Virus record (IMG/VR): IMGVR_UViG_3300007722_002942
DNA from: an uncultured virus (IMG/VR IMGVR_UViG_3300007722_002942)
Taxonomy: Duplodnaviria; Heunggongvirae; Uroviricota; Caudoviricetes
Length of the DNA stretch: 20,000 nt
Direction: 5' to 3' (one strand)
In this document: positions 11,101 to 17,595 of the stretch, piece after piece
Layout: each line of letters starts with the position of its first letter
How positions within the stretch are numbered: the first letter of the stretch is position 1
The notes under the pieces: generated by a model
The model's input: only the letters and a program-made list of their open reading frames with translations
What the model was told of the DNA's origin: nothing
Databases searched by the model: none
Position numbers and translations under genes: made by a program

Positions 11101-11296
11101 TGCCAATCGTAAGGGACTCGACACAGTATCAGACGGGATTGAGAGACCCGTAATAATCAGCGAAGCAAGTAATCAGCATGGTGGACAGGGTGAGTTGTCC
11201 AGCAGGATTAAGTCAATGTTTACCCTTTCAAAGCAGACCGAAGAAGCTTTGAGAGACCCTGATTTCGCTCTCAAGTTTGCTCACAGAAGAATGTAA
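5135..11296 (+). CDS. Prohead (maturation) protease fused to a very large scaffold/core region, 2053 aa
   Basis: N-terminal ~245 aa has HK97/assemblin-fold protease hallmarks: NGDYF..EL, PIFTNH (His), GTSMG (Ser), FIENSFVVNPA, with a Cys/His-rich insert. The remainder is acidic, low-complexity and repeat-rich. Lies between portal and capsid; SD GAGGA upstream. Confidence 0.8.
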   Translation: MAFKKIAQLQNYKIEALNNPGWDIYNMPAMVKTASIEKSKEQDLGGFDIEAAVTKHPDNLFIKIFAIKEDETNDNGDYFSADELEKSAQTFVGVPIFTNHQNDDIEKSRGECVHSWYDKELKGIFIVARVDKVAYPKLARGVEEGYVKGTSMGCSVDHSVCSICHNKAHTADEYCTHIKNQKTRKLSTSCKCKYHESKVQVDEKCPICSCTKKEASSLKHDNQQVFEYNYGLKFIENSFVVNPACHTCGVECILNEPELNKKVASLRASVTKLSSKYENNPKSVKNAGQNEIVSLKQAMDQIEKVARSMLAQKDQVDMEFVSELVKLMSDLQGTTDELIEVGYGQLPSPPISTASNVGDVSFPSIQSGNAQPQQASSAPSGQTMQSHTTKTPNAIQTDLGGGIGSITKPASTTVVNKKKDFIRISSNLLSKIYNLQNKVSKSARRTTVSDSIIHIWDDSEDVSSLNVSLDKEHVTLAQGDKILKIAHVSQFSPELQDLIKSNPFEAVQRILNISKESTTNMSDNQNKTAAIGPADSDSPAQREVITEKQLKSSPPTLHPRWGDTYEQTTESKDQIGRSDDKSNDTTSDSPQKRLGTYETITEDQMSTISSGHVVRTNDWPEVITEKQWTDMSRLVSADLSDDWDSRITESQIKDLLSSHSFVGPYETTTEDQLKKQDSGVKRWASKNYVDAITKVAVESISDAIALFNKSPNDLSKVVSSCMNDSALKNKVAFLSVVNSLPRKNEDIHNLINNVNYFSKKASKSLDTPESVDALIISIANNAKSGIKSEDIIDTISYILSKKEAMAKVENRVQTKIASKKANIETVFDKFSSIDSSLATLDRPKDGLWRIEATLKEVKAMAKGEGKKAFVSAAKRFAIAQIGPELGGKDLTLLSIKFDPATGSVTIDAGDASMLGNKEPEVDELLEDNNVMDSNGHDDDDILADDLVSDEMDDMDDMDDYGDNLGDEGMEEDNDCGMGMGKPAMPGIGSGGAGMGDTGMGQTKPAMPGSLSPMASKRNGIKKQAQMMGGEMGGQGGASQAPGAGATLPQPPMADAGMESISGGDEELAGEEELGDMQPKPPGSICPVCGSEDVDIVSGEGHCSNCGSQFKFKVTLEVSKWSGLLGEDQEDGEEEGDGLTEGEGFEMPGEEAMPPAAGGMGAPGPEVPVAAMTRLSPESLQKIAKMIYKIKATSGSKNATKSVSEGGYGLNNTMLQSYASKDSVKLGSISPLTGTDNTLHLGGSEYVCLSTGTKYKVSFIADKKNPKYVYAQWSYTPKSDANACPTCQRMRNKFTKQLAGFGVSETQWDQMSIAERSKTLVNMKKAGSLKEIKTADKLGSVLGDYKKAYSIFGDKFPVESCREKIARRYGENSLAISGPCEGQPLVNCVCDQLKNAGVYTDRLAIKVAQIWSEVDGYEECVTDQVRTKLTLREAAVVCTALKSALASDEDFFADDLGESNNEPDNDTDNDSDDSNLDVSDDSDPFDGNDTDSGDSFGEESSTPVVEDGLGEKKIVIELSEQAAKELDAKLDASLGSDPTDDLGGEGEIGGAESVGLEGDMGSGGDLDSLNTDPSVPSDGGLDEVPGIGAATTEEAVSGLGDLETSKPALDPMQVKNKGIPGGNMVSNQNNPALQQPGDLRGVQGRLASENVSTEKEANHMRSSFNRTGKIELDLLAVANSLNLKKKAGEKQVSVELVQDSKDIGKISDGDPLGKDLPGAMGHEKESVPTAVHPSVPRSDARMGHEKENIDKEESLPSIPSDKGAIGHEDEQDLSGGDVRMTGGVGATGKSEVEASNDEITKEAQILDEVASMRGFGGGRSSIIVHNLVNRLVAASQKKQADKVKDAKPVSDSDSIGKVDGGGKGMANEESFSAEEPKNVKSDGNGSMMGHEKETLGDKPDSPKDHPDIPAGNALMGHEEDSINSEKQTDIKGTVIAGSNAESEARVKLATQVAAEMMQAGLISGQNLYQKINELKQYGPSQIRDYRKAIFANRKGLDTVSDGIERPVIISEASNQHGGQGELSSRIKSMFTLSKQTEEALRDPDFALKFAHRRM
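6388..6478 (+). promoter_or_regulatory. Putative internal promoter (GAAGG-N18-CTAA) plus SD AAGGAG and in-frame GTG at 6476
   Basis: Motif at 6388-6414 in a locally AT-rich patch; AAGGAG at 6463-6468 is 7 nt before GTG (codon 448 of the protease ORF). Confidence 0.5.
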
Positions 11297-11326
11297 TGTA
11301 AAGCCAAAATTTAGGAGAAATTAACT

Positions 11327-11920
11327 ATGGCTCTTATTCCCGTATATCATCAATTCGCAGGTAACTTTAATGTTAATCCAAGCTCAACCTGGCAGGCACT
11401 TTCAGGATCTTGGGTTAGATTAACAGAGCTTGACAGCAACACGTATATTCAGCCAATTACTGTAGCTACACAATCAACCCTTGGTGTCTTGGGTGATTCT
11501 CGCCACAGTTCCGCTTCAGGATCAGGGTATTCAGCAGATTTAATTATCGGTGCTTATCCTCTTTCCCCACCAGTAGGAAGAGTTCGTCCTACACAGAACA
11601 GAGCCAGCGACATGTTCGATGAGACTCTATCTTCAGGTATGGCAACTGTATACTTTGGCGGTGGAGATTTCTGGACCGATCAGTTTGAAACACTAACCGG
11701 CGGAAGCCCAATTGATTATAACCCAGGCGATGATCTCTATCTTTCTGCCAATGGTATTATTACCAATGTAGGTACTACAGGCACAAATCCAAGAGTAGGT
11801 ATTCTTATCGAAGATCCAAAGGCTTATCCAAGTGGAGTCCCAGGAACAGATACTCCTGATGGCTCTTTGTCTCTTGGAACGTTCATGCACTTTGTTATGA
11901 ACATCCAGAACCCTAACTAA
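11327..11920 (+). CDS. Probable capsid decoration/cement protein
   Basis: Strong SD AGGAG; Gly/Thr/Ser-rich beta-type sequence (GMATVYFGGG, YNPGDDLYLSANGIIT); sits immediately before the major capsid gene as lambda D does. Assignment mostly by synteny. Confidence 0.6.
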   Translation: MALIPVYHQFAGNFNVNPSSTWQALSGSWVRLTELDSNTYIQPITVATQSTLGVLGDSRHSSASGSGYSADLIIGAYPLSPPVGRVRPTQNRASDMFDETLSSGMATVYFGGGDFWTDQFETLTGGSPIDYNPGDDLYLSANGIITNVGTTGTNPRVGILIEDPKAYPSGVPGTDTPDGSLSLGTFMHFVMNIQNPN

Positions 11921-11938
11921 TTCGTAGAAATTAGTTGG
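11913..11938 (+). other. Stem-loop CTAACTAATT-cgtaga-AATTAGTTGG between decoration and capsid genes
   Basis: 10-bp stem with one G-U pair overlapping the stop codon; no U-tract follows. Confidence 0.5.
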
Positions 11939-12016
11939 AATGTATTAAAATTATTATCTACTATTATTAAGGTTTAAGGCAACTTGAGGATTTAATAATA
12001 GATAGGAGAACGTATT

Positions 12017-12889
12017 ATGAGTCTTGCAAAAAATGGTCTTTCTGACCAAGAAAAAGAAATGGTAATCGCTCAGGCTTTGGAAACAGATGAAGGTCGTACC
12101 GCTCTAGCCCAGGCTATGGTTGAGCCAATCCGTCGCTCGCTTGAGTATCAGGCAGTAGGTCGTAAGCTTCTTATGGTTGACGAGTTGCCACAGGGCGCAC
12201 TCGCTCGCTATGAGAGAGATATAGCTTCTATCGCTCATGTTATCGGACGTAGAGGTGCTGTACCTGACCAGATCGTAGAAGGCGAAGAAATTCTTGTTCC
12301 AACATTTGAAATTGCTGCTAACCCAACAATTCGTTTGTCGGAAATCAAGGCTCGTCGTTTCTACATCGTTGATAGAGCTCAGATTAAGGCTAAAGAAGCT
12401 ATCCAGAAGGAAGAGGATACCAATATTTTCAACGCACTTATTGCTGCCGCTGATACCAGAGGCGATCAAGTAGTTGCTAACATAGGTACTTTGACAACTG
12501 CATCCTTAAACACAGCATTCCGCTTGATCGAACAGCATGACTTAGTTGCCGCTAAGATCGTTCTTCATGCTAATCAGTATGCAACAATCAGAGCTTTCGG
12601 TAAGGATTTCTACGATGAGGCAACAACCCGCGAAATCATCACCACTGGCCTCTACGGACACCTTTGGACTGCTGATATTCACGTATCATCTCGTATGGAT
12701 TCTACAACTGTTCTTGTTGTAGCTTCCGCTGAGAACGTAGGTGCGTTCCCAATTCGTCAGGATATAACAGTTCTTCCTGCTGACGATCCAAAGAAGCTTC
12801 GTCTTGGTTGGGTTATTTATGAAGAAATTGGAATTGTAGTAGTAAATGATTACGCTATCAGCAAAATCGAAGTAACTTCCGCTACCTAA
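12017..12889 (+). CDS. Major capsid protein, HK97 fold (compact, encapsulin-sized, 290 aa)
   Basis: Strong SD AGGAG; HK97-like pattern (IRRSLEYQAVGRKLL, E-loop, long spine helix AQIKAKEAIQKEEDTNIFNAL, IVLH, GHLWTADIHVS, terminal GIVVVNDYAISKIEV). Frequent CGT Arg codons, and followed by a terminator. Confidence 0.88.
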   Translation: MSLAKNGLSDQEKEMVIAQALETDEGRTALAQAMVEPIRRSLEYQAVGRKLLMVDELPQGALARYERDIASIAHVIGRRGAVPDQIVEGEEILVPTFEIAANPTIRLSEIKARRFYIVDRAQIKAKEAIQKEEDTNIFNALIAAADTRGDQVVANIGTLTTASLNTAFRLIEQHDLVAAKIVLHANQYATIRAFGKDFYDEATTREIITTGLYGHLWTADIHVSSRMDSTTVLVVASAENVGAFPIRQDITVLPADDPKKLRLGWVIYEEIGIVVVNDYAISKIEVTSAT

Positions 12890-12916
12890 TAATTAAATAA
12901 CTGCGTTTTTACGCTG

Positions 12917-12953
12917 AAAAGTCCATCTGGAAACAGGTGGGCTTTTTATTTTT
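12917..12953 (+). terminator. Rho-independent terminator after the capsid gene
   Basis: AAAAGTCCATCTG-GAAA-CAGGTGGGCTTTT hairpin (GNRA loop, G-U pairs) followed by a T-rich tract. Confidence 0.85.
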
Positions 12954-13114
12954 AAAATATGATTTCAGTCATCCTTTCTAAAATAACACTAGAAAAAGAA
13001 GGTTTTGATCCTCAGAAAATAGGATATCAGAAAAAACATAAAAAAGTGAATAATACTACAGTAGAATTATAAATTATATTTCTATTATTGTAAATATCTT
13101 AAAAAGGAAATAAT

Positions 13115-13792
13115 ATGAATCTGTTAAGAAGGTATTTTGTATCAGCTATTGGTTCGTTATGTCTCTTGCCTAGTAGGATATTTTCATCTATCTTTACAGA
13201 ATATGCTGTTGCGGTAGTTCCTGAAATTGCAGTAGCACAAAAATTAGGAAAATTTCCATTTTACATAGACGAGTGGACGAATCTTGAAATAGAAGAAGGA
13301 TTGAATTATGATAATAGAATTCATATGAATGAATCTATATCTAATTATATAGACAGATTTTTAGAAAAGAATTCTATTTATAGAAAATATTTAACTCATC
13401 TTCCTCTTGAAGAAGATGTAATTCCTAATGTTGAAATGAAACCAGGATATGATTCATATTGTATTCATGAAAACAGAATAGATATTTTCAGAGAAGGTCA
13501 GTTAATGTTCATGCCTAAGAATAAAGTAGTATTACGTACGAAAGTAGGACTTAGTTATTTCAAATACGGAAGAAAAAAAGTAATAATAAGATTGGTAGAT
13601 ATTATATGTAATTCATTTTTGGAAAAAGAAAAATCCATGATAAAATATTTTTTCCAAGAAACTAATACTAGAGAAATAAAAACAGGATATAGATGGTTTG
13701 AAAAAGTAACTGTTTTAATAGATGATGAGTATGAAAATTTAGGGTTTTTGGCATTTTATAGGGATTCTATTGGAATAACTGAGGCCATTTAA
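13115..13792 (+). CDS. Divergent, internally deleted paralogue of the major capsid protein with N-terminal twin-arginine-like segment
   Basis: By-eye alignment to the MCP: IDRFLEKNSIYRKYL/IRRSLEYQAVGRKLL, REGQLMFMP/VEGEEILVP, VTVLIDDE..LGF..IGI/ITVLPADD..LGW..IGI. SD AAGGA upstream. Confidence 0.65.
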   Translation: MNLLRRYFVSAIGSLCLLPSRIFSSIFTEYAVAVVPEIAVAQKLGKFPFYIDEWTNLEIEEGLNYDNRIHMNESISNYIDRFLEKNSIYRKYLTHLPLEEDVIPNVEMKPGYDSYCIHENRIDIFREGQLMFMPKNKVVLRTKVGLSYFKYGRKKVIIRLVDIICNSFLEKEKSMIKYFFQETNTREIKTGYRWFEKVTVLIDDEYENLGFLAFYRDSIGITEAI

Positions 13793-13846
13793 TGAGAATT
13801 TCAAGACGTATAAGGACTATCTGTAATAGTGACATCATAAGTTCTA

Positions 13847-13872
13847 AAAGGAATATGCAGATTATTATATAA
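13847..13872 (+). promoter_or_regulatory. Putative promoter AAAGG-N17-ATAA, 9 nt before ATG 13882
   Basis: Recurring motif; no SD between the motif and the ATG. Confidence 0.6.
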
Positions 13873-13881
13873 ATTAATTTT

Positions 13882-14118
13882 ATGAATTGGTATAAAACAT
13901 CTCAAAAAGTCGTTCAATTTTCAAGATGGGACACATCCGGGACTTTAGTTATACTTATAGATGGTAAAAGATATGAGTATTCTGGAGTTCCCCAACACCA
14001 ATCATCATATATAAGGCTTTTAATTAATAAGAAAAATTTGACGAGATTGTTTCCAATTTTGAAATCTCTTAAAATGGTAGATACTAAGCCTGATGAATCT
14101 CAGCTGTCATTATTTTAA
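13882..14118 (+). CDS. KTSC-like small protein with MNWYK leader and C-terminal beta-clamp-binding motif QLSLF
   Basis: WDTSGTLVILIDGKRYEYSGVP resembles the KTSC pattern (Yd..L.v.F..G..Y.Y.gVP). The last five residues match the QL[SD]LF consensus exactly. Confidence 0.65.
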   Translation: MNWYKTSQKVVQFSRWDTSGTLVILIDGKRYEYSGVPQHQSSYIRLLINKKNLTRLFPILKSLKMVDTKPDESQLSLF

Positions 14119-14153
14119 TCGTATCCAGACGAGTATAATCTAGGTCTATCTAA

Positions 14154-14894
14154 TTATATCCACTTTATACCTTTCTCATCTTCCTCATCAGTTTCGATTG
14201 GTATAACTCTAGGTCTATTTCTAGCTTTATAAATTTTTTCTGCGTATTCTCTTTCCTGTCTTAATTGTTCTTCCCTTCGAGATTTGTAATCTTCATAACT
14301 TTGTTGAGGCTGAGCAGGTCGAGCAGGTTGAGTAGGTCGAGCAGGTCGAGCAGGTTGCGTAGGTTGAGTAGGTTGAGTAGGTTGAGTAGGTTGAGTAGAT
14401 TGAGTAGATTGAGTAGATTGAGTAGATTGAGCAGGTTGAGTAGGTCGAGTAGGTCGAGCAGGTTGAGTAGATTGAGCAGGTTGAGCAGGTTGAGCAGGTT
14501 GAGAAGCAGTTATATTACTCAGTACTTGAAAATTATGTATTCTACCCAGATCACCGTAATCAGTACTTTGGATCTGAATAGTTTTATCTCTACGAACGTC
14601 GGATACTCTAGCTTTTAATTCAGGATATTTCGGAGTTGCTTTTCCTAATCCGGATTTTGTATATGTTATAATGTCTCCAATATCAACTTTAATATCAGGT
14701 GGAAAGGGGCGAGTTTCATTACTTAATACCTGTTCAGGAACTAATTTCAACTGTCTACGGCTATAATCTCTTACATTTACTGATCCATCTTCATCGATAC
14801 TAATAGCCTCTGCTTTTTCGTTAGGGAATCTCATTGTGAATGTTACAGTGTCTCCTTTATTGACTCTATTAGCGTATTTTTTAAACCAATTCAT
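14154..14894 (-). CDS. Hypothetical protein with two tandem SH3/KOW-like domains, a 21x tripeptide linker and charged tail
   Basis: MNWFKKYA leader; two units starting VNKGDTVTF and VDIGDIITY, both ending QVLSN; promoter motif directly upstream. Confidence 0.7.
   Translation of the reverse strand: MNWFKKYANRVNKGDTVTFTMRFPNEKAEAISIDEDGSVNVRDYSRRQLKLVPEQVLSNETRPFPPDIKVDIGDIITYTKSGLGKATPKYPELKARVSDVRRDKTIQIQSTDYGDLGRIHNFQVLSNITASQPAQPAQPAQSTQPARPTRPTQPAQSTQSTQSTQSTQPTQPTQPTQPTQPARPARPTQPARPAQPQQSYEDYKSRREEQLRQEREYAEKIYKARNRPRVIPIETDEEDEKGIKWI
14311..14499 (+). repeat. 9-bp minisatellite, 21 units (consensus YGAGYAGRT), encoding PAQ/PTQ/STQ/PAR on the minus strand
   Basis: Read directly; 189 bp, frame-preserving. 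Confidence 0.95.
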
Positions 14895-14903
14895 ATATAG
14901 TAT

Positions 14904-14929
14904 TTCGAAGAATATATAATATTACCTTT
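14904..14929 (-). promoter_or_regulatory. Putative promoter AAAGG-N17-CGAA, 9 nt before ATG 14894
   Basis: Reverse complement reads AAAGG taatattatatattctt CGAA atactatat ATG. Confidence 0.6.
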
Positions 14930-14937
14930 TTTTTGAA

Positions 14938-14963
14938 AAAGGAATACTCGTTTATTCGAAGAA
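14938..14963 (+). promoter_or_regulatory. Putative promoter AAAGG-N17-AGAA for the helicase gene (divergent pair)
   Basis: Back-to-back with the minus-strand copy; SD AGGA lies downstream before ATG 14996. Confidence 0.6.
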
Positions 14964-14995
14964 TATATAGTATACTTTGTCAATAGGAATATCTT

Positions 14996-17593
14996 ATGAG
15001 CTGGTGGAAATCTAATATAATAAGAAAAATTGCAAAACACATATTATCCGGAATAGAATTATCAAAAAAGATGTCTAATTTTAATTGGTATAGAAAATAT
15101 GTTTTAGCCGCAGGTTTTACCGCCTGGGTTGATAACGATGTTGCATCTAAAAATAGAAGGGGAAATGGTCCTGCTTTCGTTATTGGTAATTCATATTCTA
15201 TAAAGGATCAATTAAGTGCAATGGGATTCAGATGGGATATGGCTGGAAGATCAGGATGGTTTCTGGATGTAAATACCTTAAAAGGAAACCAGCAAGCAAT
15301 AAATAAGCTGCAATCTCTAGGAGTCCCATTAAATACCATAGGGATGCCTGTAAATATACAACCTGTTCGTCCCTCTCAGCCTGTGCAGAGATATCCTCAA
15401 AGACCTGTTGTTGACAATCCTTCTAATTCAGTTGCTGACAGTCCTTCAGGACAAATCTGGTACTTGGCGAAAGTCAAAAATTTAAAAGAGATTCCTACAG
15501 GATCTCCGGTAATTTTATCAGCTCAGAAAGATGGGTCTTGGAAATGGGTTGACAAGTCTTATATACCAAATTTATCAGGGCAGGTTGATTCTAATATCCC
15601 TACTGGCCTTTCTGGATTACTATCAAAGTCAGAAGTATCTAGTTCAGTAGTATCAATTAAGGATGAAAACGGAACAGAAATTTCTTCTACTAATCCATCT
15701 GAATTATTTGCCATATTCGAAAATATGAATAAAAAAACAGAAGATACAGTAGTTGATCCAGAAAAATATAAAGATAGATCATCTGCTGAGGATGCGAGAA
15801 TGAAACCTGAGCATGTTACTGTGTATAATGCGGCTATTAGAGAAAAGTTTTTAAAGACGAGCGATAATATTATGATTAACGCTCTGGCCGGAACAGGAAA
15901 AACAGCACAATTAAAAGATATTGCATCTTTCAAAAATCCAAATGAAAGATGGCTTTACTTAGTTTTCAATAAAAAGAATCAAGTCGAGAGTCAGAATAAT
16001 TTTCCTGCTGGTGTAGATGTGATGACTACGCATTCTTTTTTAGGTCAGGTATTAGACATGTCTGATAAATCTGTTGGAGGAGATATGAGATTGCAGCAGT
16101 CTCGACCTGGACAGAAATCTCCTCCACGAAAGATAGGAGTTATAGCAAAAGCAATTATAAGTCCAACATGGCCAGATCCTTATGCTCTTAATAAAAAAGG
16201 AAATAGATGCATATTTAATTGGAATGCGAGCAGAAAGGCGATGAAGGTGGCTGAACTTTCTAAGCAATTTGGTGTCAATCCTAATGATTCCGATGCTATG
16301 AATAGGATGCTTGAAATAGTTAGAAAGTATCAAATAGATATGGATGTTTCAACTTTGAAAGAGACAGCTACTAGAGATTATACAAAAGATATTTTACAGA
16401 AGTCTTTAGAAATACTTCAAGGATGTATGCCAGGGCAGCTTCCAAGGGGAGTAGATAAGAGATATGCTTCCGTTAGGGATCATGATGATACGCTATGGTT
16501 GCCAACTATCTTTACAAATCAAATAGACTGGGCAGCTAAAAAATTAGGATATGATGTTGTTTTAATGGATGAGGTTCAGGATTTTAATATATGCCAGATT
16601 AATATGGCTCAAAATCTTAAAAATGCAGGATCAAGAATGGTTGGCGTAGGCGATCCGAACCAGGCATTATATTATTTTAGAGGCGCGGATAATGATGCCT
16701 TTGATAAGCTGATTGATATTTTAACAGATGGAAAGTCTGAGCCTATGCCCTTACCTATCAACTGGAGAAGCGATGAGGCTATTCTTGACTATACTAAGCA
16801 GAGAACTGGTATAGAGGTAGAAGTGGCTCCTCACAAAAAAGGGAAGGGGATGATTAATACAGTTACTAAAAGTACTGATTTCTTGGATAATTTAATAACC
16901 GGGTATAAGAATAATAATAATATGCTTGAAAGATCTACGGCCATTATTTCTCCTACAAATGCTCCCCTTATTGGCGTTGCATTGCATCTTCTAAAAAATA
17001 ATGTGGAATTTGAAATTGTTGGTAGAGACTTATATCAGAATCTTGAAAGAGTTATAAAAGAAGCTGTATTTAGTGCAGATCAGGTTGGTATTGATGATAT
17101 GAGATGGAAGCTTGGAGACCATCTTGATAAGGTTAAAGGAAGATGGGGTAGAGATTTAAGTAAACAGGATGAGGTTAAGGAGACAGAAGAGTTTGTAACA
17201 GCAATCGCTTCTATATTAGACTATTTAGATCAGAGTGAATATAAAGACCCATCTAATCCTAATTCCAGACCTATGAGAAATGGTGGAGATTTTCTTTTGT
17301 ATTTGAAATCCAAGATCGGCGGAGTTAATGTAGATAATGGAGAAGCAGCAGCCGAAATGAGTGCAAGACTGAATGATGAAAATGCTAAGAAAAAGAAAGT
17401 ACAGTTAACAACTGCTCATAGATCAAAAGGTTTTGAATATGACGCAGTAGGCGTTTTGGGAGATAAGAAATTTACTCCAAATAAGAAAGGTATCCCAGAT
17501 TGGGAAAAAAGACAATTAAAAAATGCTCAGTATGTTGCATACACTCGTGCTAAGAATGAGCTCTGGGTATTCTCTGATGATGATAAAGAATAA
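14996..17593 (+). CDS. UvrD/Rep-like superfamily 1A helicase with ~270-aa N-terminal extension
   Basis: Motifs ALAGTGKT (I), LVFNKK (Ia), TTHSF (Ib), MDEVQD (II), VGDPNQALYYFRGA (III), NWRS (IV), TAHRSKGFEYD (V), YVAYTRAK (VI). Alternative in-frame start at 15071. Confidence 0.93.
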   Translation: MSWWKSNIIRKIAKHILSGIELSKKMSNFNWYRKYVLAAGFTAWVDNDVASKNRRGNGPAFVIGNSYSIKDQLSAMGFRWDMAGRSGWFLDVNTLKGNQQAINKLQSLGVPLNTIGMPVNIQPVRPSQPVQRYPQRPVVDNPSNSVADSPSGQIWYLAKVKNLKEIPTGSPVILSAQKDGSWKWVDKSYIPNLSGQVDSNIPTGLSGLLSKSEVSSSVVSIKDENGTEISSTNPSELFAIFENMNKKTEDTVVDPEKYKDRSSAEDARMKPEHVTVYNAAIREKFLKTSDNIMINALAGTGKTAQLKDIASFKNPNERWLYLVFNKKNQVESQNNFPAGVDVMTTHSFLGQVLDMSDKSVGGDMRLQQSRPGQKSPPRKIGVIAKAIISPTWPDPYALNKKGNRCIFNWNASRKAMKVAELSKQFGVNPNDSDAMNRMLEIVRKYQIDMDVSTLKETATRDYTKDILQKSLEILQGCMPGQLPRGVDKRYASVRDHDDTLWLPTIFTNQIDWAAKKLGYDVVLMDEVQDFNICQINMAQNLKNAGSRMVGVGDPNQALYYFRGADNDAFDKLIDILTDGKSEPMPLPINWRSDEAILDYTKQRTGIEVEVAPHKKGKGMINTVTKSTDFLDNLITGYKNNNNMLERSTAIISPTNAPLIGVALHLLKNNVEFEIVGRDLYQNLERVIKEAVFSADQVGIDDMRWKLGDHLDKVKGRWGRDLSKQDEVKETEEFVTAIASILDYLDQSEYKDPSNPNSRPMRNGGDFLLYLKSKIGGVNVDNGEAAAEMSARLNDENAKKKKVQLTTAHRSKGFEYDAVGVLGDKKFTPNKKGIPDWEKRQLKNAQYVAYTRAKNELWVFSDDDKE

Positions 17594-17595
17594 AC

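Noticed and set aside
12017..12889. Cellular encapsulin operon
   Set aside because: Adjacent portal, prohead protease and decoration-like genes indicate a phage head module.
14311..14499. Possible CRISPR array
   Set aside because: Contiguous 9-bp units with no unique spacers; it is a coding minisatellite.
14265..14618. Plus-strand 117-aa ORF with (SRL)n repeats
   Set aside because: Antisense shadow of the 9-bp minisatellite. The minus-strand ORF has the promoter motif, leader and domain structure.
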